Source: Armatimonadota bacterium
Lineage (GTDB): Bacteria; Armatimonadota; DTGP01; JAHWJO01
Reading direction: 5' to 3'
NCBI GenBank assembly: GCA_019348365.1
Contig: JAHWJO010000001.1
Location: 1 to 36,139 of the forward strand
DNA length: 36,139 nt
Shown: positions 10,229 to 18,755 of the stretch, piece after piece
Position numbering within the stretch: position 1 is the first letter of the stretch
Layout: every line of letters begins with the position of its first letter
Position numbers and translations under genes: made by a program
The notes under the pieces: model-generated
Database searches by the model: none
Told to the model about the DNA's origin: nothing
Seen by the model: the letters and a program-made list of their open reading frames with translations, nothing else

Positions 10229-10347
10229 GTGTGGGTGTGTGGGTGGATGGATGAGGTCCTTCTACAGCCGGATTGAACAGGCACAATTCAGATGTATTCT
10301 CAAGAGGAAACGGCTCCGGACTCATCCACACACCCACACACCCACAC
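10229..10347. repeat. inverted repeat with tandem-octamer arms (gtgtgggt units / acccacac units)
   Basis: Left arm gtgtgggtgtgtgggtggatggatgag (10229-10255) against right arm ctcatccacacacccacacacccacac (10321-10347). 25 of 27 positions are complementary by hand alignment. It starts 5 nt after the livF stop. Confidence 0.85.
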
Positions 10348-10368
10348 AATTATCAGAATTCCGCCGCT

Positions 10369-10605
10369 ATGCCCGAACCCACCCGACACGCTGAAGATTG
10401 GATACCGCTGGAGATTCTGAACGATCCTCGCCATCTCGTGCGGGATTGCGACGGGTGCCTGCACATGCTGACGGAAGGCCTGTGCGGCCTGGACCTCCAC
10501 CCGAAGGAGGTCTGGGCCAATGCGGAGGGATGCCCCGAATACGATCCGCTCTGCATCGAAGCGGGCGGCGATCAAAACCCGGAGTTGTTCATCGACTACT
10601 CCTGA
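10369..10605 (+). CDS. hypothetical small cysteine-rich protein (78 aa)
   Basis: Distal part of ORF 10273..10605. ATG 10369 chosen because upstream codons lie in the repeat arm. Third-position G/C usage looks like the neighbouring genes. Six Cys (CDGC...C...C...C). No family recognised. Confidence 0.45.
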   Translation: MPEPTRHAEDWIPLEILNDPRHLVRDCDGCLHMLTEGLCGLDLHPKEVWANAEGCPEYDPLCIEAGGDQNPELFIDYS

Positions 10606-11651
10606 ACCTGGTCCGGGGGGGTGTCGCGCAGGGCTTTCAGCGACTCCTCATACGGGGCAGACGCGATTCCTTTCTCCGTGATGATGGCCGTGACCAGCTC
10701 CGCCGGAGTCACGTCGAAGGCCGGGTTCAGGGCATCCACGCCGTCCGGCGCGACCGGTTCCCCCCGCAGGTGGGTCACTTCGTTCGCATCCCGCTCCTCG
10801 ATGGGGATTTCCTCACCGCTGGGGAGGGAGAGATCAATGGTGGAGAGTGGCGCGGCCACGTAGAACGGGATCCGATGATAGCGGCAGGCGAGGGCCACCG
10901 AATAGGTCCCGATCTTGTTCGCCACGTCGCCATTGGCCGCGATCCGGTCCGCCCCGACGACGGCGCACTGGATTTTCCCCTGGCGCATGAGTCCTGCCGC
11001 CGCCCCGTCGGCGATGAGCGTGACGGGGATGCCGTCCCGCTGAAGCTCGTACGCGGTGAGCATCGCGCCCTGAAGCCGGGGCCGGGTCTCATCGGCGAGC
11101 ACCTGAATTCGTTTCCCCGCTTCCACCGCCGCGCGGATGACTCCCAGCGCCGTGCCGTAACCGGCGGTCGCCAGCGCGCCCGCGTTGCAGTGGGTGAGCA
11201 CCGTCGCTTCCTCCGGGATCAGAGACGCCCCGAACGCCCCCATCCGGCGGTTCGCCTCCACGTCCTCCCGCTGGATCTCTTTCGCCCGGTGGAGCAAGGT
11301 TTCCGCAAGGGTTCGCGCGTCCTGCGCCCGGTGTACTCGATAGACGGCCCGCATCTCCTCGATGGCCCAGAAGAGGTTGACGGCGGTCGGGCGTGTGGCG
11401 GCGAGAATGCGGCAGGCCTCCTCGAACGCCTCCTCGCGCGCCGATGGATCGTCCGGCAGCGAGCGAGCCGCCAGCGCCAGCGCGAACGCGGCGGTGACTC
11501 CGATGGCGGGCGCGCCCCGCACCTTCATCTCCCGGATGGCGTCCGCCACCTCCCGGTAATTGTCGTACTCCAGGACGCGATACGTCTGCGGCAGGAGTGT
11601 TTGGTCCACCATCACGATCCTGCCGTCCCGCCAGTCTACGGTGTAATCCAT
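10596..11651 (-). CDS. mtnA: S-methyl-5-thioribose-1-phosphate isomerase
   Basis: 351 aa. eIF-2B alpha/beta/delta-like family with the N-terminus ...GRIVMVDQTLLPQTYRVLEY...MKVRGAPAIGVTAA typical of MtnA. It is adjacent to mtnP. Confidence 0.9.
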   Translation of the reverse strand: MDYTVDWRDGRIVMVDQTLLPQTYRVLEYDNYREVADAIREMKVRGAPAIGVTAAFALALAARSLPDDPSAREEAFEEACRILAATRPTAVNLFWAIEEMRAVYRVHRAQDARTLAETLLHRAKEIQREDVEANRRMGAFGASLIPEEATVLTHCNAGALATAGYGTALGVIRAAVEAGKRIQVLADETRPRLQGAMLTAYELQRDGIPVTLIADGAAAGLMRQGKIQCAVVGADRIAANGDVANKIGTYSVALACRYHRIPFYVAAPLSTIDLSLPSGEEIPIEERDANEVTHLRGEPVAPDGVDALNPAFDVTPAELVTAIITEKGIASAPYEESLKALRDTPPDQVQE

Positions 11652-11670
11652 GATCCTCCTTCAGTGGGGT

Positions 11671-12510
11671 TCAATCCCGGCTGAGAGCCGCCTGTTCCGC
11701 TTCCACCTGGCAGTTACAGTCCCTCTCCGTCCCCAACCGCCCGATTACGCGGAGAATCAGATCCCGCACGCGTTCCGTGTTGTCGTGCATCACCTTCATG
11801 ACTTCCTCGACGTTGACCGGGGGCCGCAAGAGGTCCCCGGCCACCCCCACGTCGTAATCGGTGACGAGCGCGATTCCGGCGTAGCAGATCCCCAGCTCCT
11901 TCGCGAGGATCGCTTCCGGGTACTGAGTCATGCCGACGGTGTGCCAGCTCATCTTCGTGTAGAATTCGCTCTCCGCCCGCGTGGAGAAGCGCGGCCCCTG
12001 AATCACGACCATCGTGCCGGCGGGGTGAATCCTCCCCTCCCCCTCCCCGGCAGCGGAAAGCACGGCCTCTCTCAGCCGGGGGCAGTAGGGTTCCGCCGCG
12101 CTGATGTGATGGGTGACCGGCCCGTCGAAGAAGGTGTCGCTTCGGCCCCGCGTGCGGTCCACGAACTGGTCGAGGAGGACGAAATCGCCGGGGTGGATGT
12201 CGGGCTGGAGGCTCCCGCAGGCGCAGGGGGCGAGGATCTGCCGGACTCCCAGCGCGTACATGGCCCAGAGGTTGGCGCGGTAGTTCACCGCATGGGCCGG
12301 GTGGGAGTGGTCCCTGCCGTGCCGGGGGAGGAACGCCAGCGTCTGCCCGTTCACCTCCGCCAGCGCGATCCGGTCGCTGGGGGGGCCGTAGGGGGTCTCT
12401 ATCCGGGTTTCGCGGACGTTGTCGAGGAAGCGGTAGAATCCGGACCCTCCGAAGACGCCGAGGGTGGCGCGGGGTTCGTCGGAGCTGCCGGGGAAGAGGG
12501 AATTGGGCAT
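11671..12510 (-). CDS. mtnP: S-methyl-5'-thioadenosine phosphorylase
   Basis: 279 aa. PNP/MTAP family: GVFGGSGFY, LPRHGRDHSHPAHAVNYRANLWA, PRFSTRAES. ATG 12510 is the only canonical start upstream of the conserved GGSG. Confidence 0.9.
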   Translation of the reverse strand: MPNSLFPGSSDEPRATLGVFGGSGFYRFLDNVRETRIETPYGPPSDRIALAEVNGQTLAFLPRHGRDHSHPAHAVNYRANLWAMYALGVRQILAPCACGSLQPDIHPGDFVLLDQFVDRTRGRSDTFFDGPVTHHISAAEPYCPRLREAVLSAAGEGEGRIHPAGTMVVIQGPRFSTRAESEFYTKMSWHTVGMTQYPEAILAKELGICYAGIALVTDYDVGVAGDLLRPPVNVEEVMKVMHDNTERVRDLILRVIGRLGTERDCNCQVEAEQAALSRD

Positions 12511-13202
12511 GAGATGAGTCCTTCCAGCGCGCGTTCGGCGGCTTGCTGCTCGGCGAACTTTTTGGAATGGCCCTTCCCGGTCCCCAGCACCTTTCCCTGA
12601 AGGACGGCTTCCGCATGGAAGGCGCGATTGTGGGGCGGGCCGGATTCGCCGCTGATCCGGTAGGTCGGGGTGGCGCGGAAACGCTCCTGCGTGTACTCCT
12701 GGAGGCGGCTCTTGAAGTCGCGCTCGCGCACTTCGCCGAGGGTGCCCATCTGCTCCAGCACGAACCTCCGCGCCTCCTCCAGCCCCAGGCTCAGGTACAC
12801 CGCCGCCACCACCGCCTCGAACGCATCGGAGAGGAGGGAGGGGCGGTCCCGCCCGCCGGACGCCTCCTCGCCCCGCGACATGTACATCAGATTGCCCAGT
12901 CCCATGCTTCGGGCGACTTCCGCCAGGGAAGGCTCGGAAACGGCGTCCACGCGCGCGCGGGTCAGCTGGCCCTCGCTGAAGTTCGGGAAATGGCGGAACA
13001 GGTACTCGGTGACGATGATCTCCAGGACCGCATCCCCCAGGAATTCCAGCCGCTCGTTATCGTATCCTGCATCCGCCGACTTGTGCGTGAGGGCCTGTTG
13101 CAGCAGCTGCGGGTCCACGGCGTAGCCGGGCAGCACCTCCTCCGGAGAGGCGGACCGGGGCGCACGTTTGCGTTTGGAGCGGAGCCACTTCAGCATAGGC
13201 AT
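12399..13202 (-). CDS. rnc: ribonuclease III
   Basis: Signature NERLEFLGDAVLE. A dsRBD follows (GPPHNRAFHAEAVLQGKVLGTGKGHSKKFAEQQAAERAL). A C-terminal P/S/A-rich tail of about 37 aa overlaps the mtnP start. Confidence 0.9.
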   Translation of the reverse strand: MPMLKWLRSKRKRAPRSASPEEVLPGYAVDPQLLQQALTHKSADAGYDNERLEFLGDAVLEIIVTEYLFRHFPNFSEGQLTRARVDAVSEPSLAEVARSMGLGNLMYMSRGEEASGGRDRPSLLSDAFEAVVAAVYLSLGLEEARRFVLEQMGTLGEVRERDFKSRLQEYTQERFRATPTYRISGESGPPHNRAFHAEAVLQGKVLGTGKGHSKKFAEQQAAERALEGLISCPIPSSPAAPTNPAPPSASSEGPDSTASSTTSAKPG

Positions 13203-13206
13203 TCAT

Positions 13207-13337
13207 GTTGGGTCGTTGGGTCGTGCCCTTCCCTATTCGGGTGTGCAAAGGGTTTACCGGCCCGGATCATGGATGGAAATACGGGCGTTTAGGAGCGACT
13301 CCCCCCACGACCCCATCACCCAACGACCCAATCACCC
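13207..13337. repeat. gggtcgtt-armed inverted-repeat element, copy 1 (conserved core ccctattcgggtgtgcaa ... cgggcgtttag)
   Basis: Left arm gttgggtcgttgggtcgtg, right arm cacgaccccatcacccaacgacccaatcaccc. Core blocks at 13231-13248 and 13282-13292 are identical to those at 35340-35357 and 35391-35401. It fills the whole gap between the FMN reductase stop and the rnc start. Confidence 0.9.
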
Positions 13338-13338
13338 T

Positions 13339-13959
13339 CTACTGGTCGCCGCCGGGATTTTCCGCCGCCTGTTCCCACTGGCGGATGAAGTCGGCGGCGC
13401 GGGTGGAGTGGAGGCATGAAAAGTGGGCGACTTCCCGCCCGATCTCCTTCAATCGCTCCTCCAGCTTCGGGTCTTTCAGGCGGCCCTCCGAATCGAAAGC
13501 GTCGTACGAGCGGGCGATGGAGACCTGCTGGGGGAGCACCCAGGCGTGGAGCTGGCGACCCACGGACCGGAGATGAGTCAGGGCGTTGATCGCGCCGATG
13601 CTGCCCCCCGCCACCCCCACCAGCCCGATCATCTTCCCCTCGAACTCGTCAAACCCCATCAGATCCAGGGCGTTCTTCAGCACCCCGCTGAAGCTGCCAT
13701 GATACTCCGGCGTGCCGAGGAGGATGCCTTCGGCTTCGCGGAACCGCTCGGAGAGGCGGGCCACGTCGGGAAACACCTCAGGGTCATGCGCCATCCCGGC
13801 AAAGGGGAGGGAATAATCCCGAAGGTCCACCAGTACGGTTCGGGCTCCGGCCTCCGCCGCGCCTTCCAGCGCGATTTCCAGCGCGCGGCGCGTGGCGCTG
13901 CGCTCCTTCAGGCTTCCGCACAGCCCCACCACCTCAACCCGATACCGTTCTTCCGCCAT
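13339..13959 (-). CDS. NADPH-dependent FMN reductase family oxidoreductase
   Basis: Distal part of ORF 13339..14136, from ATG 13959 (MAEERYRVEVVGLCGSLKERSATRRAL...). Flavodoxin-like FMN reductase pattern including GTPEYHGSFSGVLKNALD. Upstream codons lie in the repeat and overlap the aspC end. Confidence 0.82.
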   Translation of the reverse strand: MAEERYRVEVVGLCGSLKERSATRRALEIALEGAAEAGARTVLVDLRDYSLPFAGMAHDPEVFPDVARLSERFREAEGILLGTPEYHGSFSGVLKNALDLMGFDEFEGKMIGLVGVAGGSIGAINALTHLRSVGRQLHAWVLPQQVSIARSYDAFDSEGRLKDPKLEERLKEIGREVAHFSCLHSTRAADFIRQWEQAAENPGGDQ

Positions 13960-13971
13960 GCATCCCTCCGT

Positions 13972-14108
13972 AAATTGGGGAGTTGGGAAATTGGGAAATT
14001 GGGGAGTCGGGTATCTCCGATCCGTTTGCTCTGGCTTCGGAGTAGATTCTATTTCACCCCGATGTTTGGGGCGGCACAACTTCCCAATTTCCCAACTCCC
14101 CAATTTCC
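13972..14108. repeat. inverted repeat with ttggg(g/a)a-type tandem arms
   Basis: 13972-13997 (aaattggggagttgggaaattgggaa) is the perfect reverse complement of 14081-14106. The element occupies the aspC-stop to FMN-reductase-start gap. Confidence 0.9.
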
Positions 14109-15322
14109 TAAGTTCCAACGACTTCCGCGAGGGCATCGCAGATGTAGCCGATGTTGCGCTCGTTCATGGCCGCGACGCACATCCGGCTGCTGTCGGTCAT
14201 GTAGAGTCCGTACCGGTCCCGCAATTGCCGCACGTCCTCCAGCGGCAGCCCCGCGAAGGAGAACATCCCCTTCTGCCGCTCGATGAAGCTGAAATCCCGC
14301 TTCACGCCCTTCTCCCGAAGGGTTTCCACGAACAGATGGCGCATCTCCTGAATCCGGTTGCGCATCCCCGCCAGCTCCTCTTCCCACCGGGCGCGGAGGG
14401 CGGGATCGGAGAGGACAAGGGCGACGACCTGCGCCCCATGAGAGGGCGGGTTGGAGTAGTTCGTGCGGATCGTGCGCTTCACCTGGCTGAGGACGCGCTC
14501 GGCTTCCTCCCGGCTCGTCGTGATGAAGGAGAGCGCCCCCACCCGCTCCCGGTACAGCGAGAACGACTTCGAGAACGAGGAGGAGATGAGGCAGGGGATC
14601 TCCGCCTCCGCAAACGCGCGGACCGCGAACGCATCCGGCTCGATCCCTTCCCCGAATCCCTGGTAGGCGAAATCGATGAACGGGATCAGATCGGATGTGC
14701 GGAAGATCTCCACCATTTCCCGCCACTGGTCCCGCGAGAGGTCCACCCCGGACGGGTTGTGGCAGCAGACGTGCAGCAGGACGATGCTCTGTGAAGGCAG
14801 GCCCCGGATCGTCCGCTTCATCCCCTCGAAATCCAGGTCATGGGTCTCCGGGTTGTAATAAGGGTAGGACTCCGTCCGGAACCCCGCCGCCTCGAAGAGG
14901 GCGCAATGGTTCTCCCAGGTGGGGCTGCTCACCCACACCGTCGATTCCGGGTAGTACTTCTTCAGGAAATCCGCCCCCACGCGCAGCGCGCCCGTCCCTC
15001 CCGGCGCCTGCACCGTCACCACGCGCCCGTCGTTCAGGAGGAGGGAATCGGGGCCGAGGAGCAGCTTCTGCACTTCGGTGATGTAGGACGGCGGGCCGAC
15101 CTGCGAGAGGTACGATTTCGTCTCCTCCCGGTCGTGCCACCGCTCTTCCGCCTCGCGGACGACGTTCAGCACCGGGACCTTCCCCGATTCGTCCTGGTAG
15201 ACCCCCACACCGAGATTGACCTTCTCCGGGCGAGGATCGGCGTTGTAGGCTTCCGTCAGACCCAGGATCGGGTCGGCGGGGGCGAGCGGAACGTCGGCAA
15301 ACGGCGAGGGTGAGGCAGACAT
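14108..15322 (-). CDS. aspC: aspartate/aromatic amino acid aminotransferase (class I, AspC/TyrB type)
   Basis: 404 aa, collinear with E. coli AspC as I recall it: APADPILGL, NLGVGVY, GGTGALR, CCHNPSG, FAYQGFG, the PLP-lysine motif SFSKSFSLYRERVG, and YSNPPSHGA. Confidence 0.92.
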   Translation of the reverse strand: MSASPSPFADVPLAPADPILGLTEAYNADPRPEKVNLGVGVYQDESGKVPVLNVVREAEERWHDREETKSYLSQVGPPSYITEVQKLLLGPDSLLLNDGRVVTVQAPGGTGALRVGADFLKKYYPESTVWVSSPTWENHCALFEAAGFRTESYPYYNPETHDLDFEGMKRTIRGLPSQSIVLLHVCCHNPSGVDLSRDQWREMVEIFRTSDLIPFIDFAYQGFGEGIEPDAFAVRAFAEAEIPCLISSSFSKSFSLYRERVGALSFITTSREEAERVLSQVKRTIRTNYSNPPSHGAQVVALVLSDPALRARWEEELAGMRNRIQEMRHLFVETLREKGVKRDFSFIERQKGMFSFAGLPLEDVRQLRDRYGLYMTDSSRMCVAAMNERNIGYICDALAEVVGT

Positions 15323-15849
15323 AGAGGCCTTTCATAAACGGGGTTTTGATGGGAAACGGATTACAAAGCTAAGTATAATCAGATACTCCCGCCGAATCTA
15401 CCGCAGCGCACGCTCCGGAAAGGCCTTTGAAGCCCGACTCCTCTCCATTCGGCAGGGACCTCCCCGCGAACGGGGAATGGAGGGAGTGAGAACGAGCCTT
15501 CCCCTTAAAGCCGAACCTCCTTGGGGAGTTATTCAAGTAATATCCCTTCCGTTTTGAAACCGGTTCTGGGAGCGGTGGGGCTGAAGCCCTCCGCTGGGTG
15601 GCCTTTGGCCCAGTGTCCGTCTTCACGGACACAATCAACACCCCCTCGTTTAGAACTCGTTTCTTCAGAGTTGGTAAAGGAAGAAGGTACAAGGGAGAAA
15701 GAAACCGATCCGTGAACAGGTTCGGCTCCCCTCCCCGCGTCGGGGAGGGGTTGGGGGAGAGGTCCACCCCCTTCCGCAAGCCGAGAACTTCCATCCGATC
15801 GGGTCCACTACCCGTCTTTCGAGTCTTTCGAGGGAGAGAGGAGAAATCC

Positions 15850-17094
15850 ATGGCGACCGTGATCGCTGCATCCGCCAAGAAGCTCGCCGTTGAGGGCGGC
15901 GCGCCCGTCCGCACTCGACCGTGGCCGAGCTGGCCGGACCCCACAGAAGCCGAATGGAAAGAAGTCGTGGAGCCCGCCCTGCGGGAAGTGTACCTCTCCG
16001 GCACCGAAGGGCTCCCCTGCCCTCAGTCCGAACGGTTCGGGCAGGCGCTGGCGGACTACTGCGGCGCGAGCTACGGCCTGTTGATGCCCCACGGCACCGA
16101 CGCCATCAAGGCGGCGGTCGCCGGGGCGCTGGACCTGGACGGCTTTCAGGACGGCGGGAACATCCTCCTCCCCAACTACACCTTCGTCGCTTCCGCCAGC
16201 GCGCCGCTCGACGTGAACTGCTCCGTCACGTTCGTGGACATCGACCCGAAAACCTACACGATGTCGGTGGAGGCGGCGGAGGCGGCGATCCGCCCCGATA
16301 CAACGGCGATCCTGCCGGTGCATCTCGCGGGCCACCCCGCCGACATGGACGGTCTGAACGCCCTCGCGCGGAAACACGGTCTCAAAGTGATCGAGGACTG
16401 CGCGCAGGCCCACGGCGCGGAGGTGAACGGCAGGAAAGTCGGCTCGCTGGGAGATGCGGGCGCGTTCAGCTTCCAGTCGAGCAAGAACCTGACCAGCGGC
16501 GAGGGCGGGGCCGTCACCACCAACGACCTCGACACCCATCACCGGGTGATATCTTTCAGCAACGTGGGCCGGATCCCCGGCGGCGCGCGCTGGGAGTATC
16601 ACCGGCTGGGCTGGAACTACCGCCCCTCCGAGTACCTCGCCGCGCTGCTCCTCACCCGGCTGCCGCGCCTGGAAGAGCAGACGCAACGCCGGAACCGGAA
16701 CGCCCGGTGTCTCACGGAGCGGCTGAACGAGATCGAGGGGATCGCGCCGCCGGTCCACGCGCCATGGGCGACGATGCACGGCTATCACCTTTACCTCATG
16801 CGCTACGATCCGGCGGCGTTCGGGGGGCGGTCCCGCGCCGAGTTCCTGAAAGCGCTGGATGCCGAAGGGATTCCCTGCACGCCGGGGTACACCCTCCCCC
16901 TTTCCGAGCAGGCCGGGATGCTGCGGATGCGCGAGGTGTACCCGGACCGGGTGCGCGTGGAACCCTGCCCAAACGTGGAGAGCGCCGCCGAGTCCTGCGT
17001 ATGGCTCTACCAGAACCAGCTCCTCGGCGACGAGGGGGACATGGACGACATTGTCGAGGCGATCACGAAAATCCAGCATGCGTTTCGGCGATGA
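15850..17094 (+). CDS. DegT/DnrJ/EryC1/StrS family PLP-dependent aminotransferase
   Basis: Distal part of ORF 15598..17094. ATG 15850 is preceded by GAGGAG (15838-15843). Contains the PLP-lysine motif FSFQSSKNLTSGEGG and VIEDCAQAHGA. Confidence 0.88.
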   Translation: MATVIAASAKKLAVEGGAPVRTRPWPSWPDPTEAEWKEVVEPALREVYLSGTEGLPCPQSERFGQALADYCGASYGLLMPHGTDAIKAAVAGALDLDGFQDGGNILLPNYTFVASASAPLDVNCSVTFVDIDPKTYTMSVEAAEAAIRPDTTAILPVHLAGHPADMDGLNALARKHGLKVIEDCAQAHGAEVNGRKVGSLGDAGAFSFQSSKNLTSGEGGAVTTNDLDTHHRVISFSNVGRIPGGARWEYHRLGWNYRPSEYLAALLLTRLPRLEEQTQRRNRNARCLTERLNEIEGIAPPVHAPWATMHGYHLYLMRYDPAAFGGRSRAEFLKALDAEGIPCTPGYTLPLSEQAGMLRMREVYPDRVRVEPCPNVESAAESCVWLYQNQLLGDEGDMDDIVEAITKIQHAFRR

Positions 17095-17138
17095 ATTCCC
17101 CTTTCCCACCGATTTGAAGAATCTCTCACAATAGGAAT

Positions 17139-18755
17139 ATGGAGCCGACGACAGACAGGAAGGTTCACCCGGCGAGGGAGAGCGGAACGACTCCAGTGCT
17201 GGAAGCGCGCGGGATCGCCAAGGAATTTGGAGGCGTGCCGGCGCTGAAAGGCGTGGACCTGGCCCTCCATCCGGGGGAGGTCCACGCCCTGCTCGGCGAG
17301 AACGGGGCGGGCAAGAGCACCCTGATGAACGTGCTCTACGGCCTCCTGCTCCCCGATGGCGGCGAGGTCCTCTGGGAAGGCCGCCCCACGCGTTTCGGGT
17401 CGCCCCGCGACGCGATGGATGCCGGGATCGGGATGGTGCACCAGCACTTCACCCTCGTCCCGACCTTCACGGTAGCCGAGAACCTGTCCCTGGGCCGCGC
17501 GGGAAGGCTCTACCGAAGGAAAGAAGCGGAGACTCAGGCGGATGCGCTCTGCCAAAGGGTGGGCCTGCCGGTGGACCCCCGCGCCCGCGTGGGCGAGTTG
17601 AGCGTCGGGCTGCAACAGCGGGTGGAGATACTGAAGGCGCTCTCCCGGAATGCCCGCGTCCTCATCCTCGACGAGCCGACGGGGGTGCTCGCGCCGCAGG
17701 AGGTGGAGGGGCTGCTGGCGCTGATGCGCCGGCTGGCGGGGGAAGGGATGGCCGTCGTCTTCATCACCCACAAGCTCGCCGAAGTGGAGCGGGTCGCTGA
17801 CCGGATCACGGTGCTCCGGCGCGGGGAGCGGGTCTTGTCGGGCGATGCATCCGGGTACACCGCGCCGGAGATCGCGCGGGCCATGGTCGGCGCGGACCTC
17901 CCTTCCTCTCAGGGTCGTCGCGGGGTCCCGGAGGGGAACCGCGAGAGAATTCTGTCGGTGGAGGGCCTGACGATTCGGGATGAACGGGGCCGCGAGCGCG
18001 TCCGGGAGGTCTCCTACGAGATCCACGCGGGCGAAGTGCTGGGAGTGGCAGGGGTGGAAGGCAACGGGCAATCCGATCTGGCCGAAGCGGTCACCGGGTT
18101 ACGTCCTGCCGCTACCGGTCGGGTGAAGATAGCGGGTCTTACAATGGATGCCGTCTTCATGAGCCCCGCCGCCTTCATCGAAGCGGGCGGGGCGCACATC
18201 CCCGAAGACCGACGGAGGACCGGGCTCGCGCTGGAGATGCCGATCTGGGAGAATCTCATCCTCGAATCCCATCGCCGCCCGCCCGTCCGCCGGGGAGTCT
18301 GGCTGGACCGCCGCGAAGCCCGGAGGGAGGGCGAGACCGCCGTGGCCGACTACGAGATCCGCACGCCCTCCATCGACGTGAAGGCGGGCCGCCTATCGGG
18401 AGGCAACCAGCAGAAGGTTGTGATTGCGCGGGAGATGGGCCGCCGCCCCCGACTGCTCGTCGCCGTTAACCCGACACGGGGCCTCGACGTGCGCGCGGCG
18501 GCGTACGTCCACGAGAAGATCTGGGAGCACCGCGCAACGGGCGGGGCGGTCCTCCTCATCTCCACCGAGTTGGACGAGCTGTACGCGCTCTCGGACCGCA
18601 TCGCCGTGATGCACAGAGGGGAAATGGTGGCGGACCTCCCCCCCAACGTCCTCCGCGAGGAGCTGGGACTCTGGATGACTCGCGGATCAGGGCCGGAGGA
18701 CTCCCCCGAACCCTCCCTTGCAACGGATCGGAAGGGAGATCCCCATGGTAGATGA
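17139..18755 (+). CDS. ABC transporter ATP-binding protein with duplicated ATPase domains (sugar/nucleoside CUT2-type)
   Basis: 538 aa. First Walker A GENGAGKST with signature LSVGLQQRVEILKAL. Second domain has GVEGNGQS and LSGGNQQKVVIAREM. Confidence 0.88.
   Translation: MEPTTDRKVHPARESGTTPVLEARGIAKEFGGVPALKGVDLALHPGEVHALLGENGAGKSTLMNVLYGLLLPDGGEVLWEGRPTRFGSPRDAMDAGIGMVHQHFTLVPTFTVAENLSLGRAGRLYRRKEAETQADALCQRVGLPVDPRARVGELSVGLQQRVEILKALSRNARVLILDEPTGVLAPQEVEGLLALMRRLAGEGMAVVFITHKLAEVERVADRITVLRRGERVLSGDASGYTAPEIARAMVGADLPSSQGRRGVPEGNRERILSVEGLTIRDERGRERVREVSYEIHAGEVLGVAGVEGNGQSDLAEAVTGLRPAATGRVKIAGLTMDAVFMSPAAFIEAGGAHIPEDRRRTGLALEMPIWENLILESHRRPPVRRGVWLDRREARREGETAVADYEIRTPSIDVKAGRLSGGNQQKVVIAREMGRRPRLLVAVNPTRGLDVRAAAYVHEKIWEHRATGGAVLLISTELDELYALSDRIAVMHRGEMVADLPPNVLREELGLWMTRGSGPEDSPEPSLATDRKGDPHGR

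Noticed and set aside
11655-11685. tRNA T-loop-like strings: ggggttcaatcccgg at about 11660, and gggttcgatcccgaacc at about 4545.
   Set aside because: No acceptor, D or anticodon arms can be built. The flanking sequence is the mtnA/mtnP coding or junction sequence and the FAD oxidoreductase coding sequence respectively.
13207-13337. attC (integron cassette) interpretation of the junction hairpins, because the arms contain GTTGGGT / ACCCAAC and GTTGAGC strings resembling GTTRRRY / RYYYAAC.
   Set aside because: The polarity is opposite to attC: the GTTRRRY-like string is at the 5' side on both strands. Other elements lack the motif, no integrase is present, and the flanked genes are core housekeeping genes.
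15369-16004. 211-aa minus-strand ORF spanning the long intergenic gap and the DegT start.
   Set aside because: It has no motifs and low-complexity composition, it overlaps the well-supported DegT N-terminus, and it reads through repeat hairpins.
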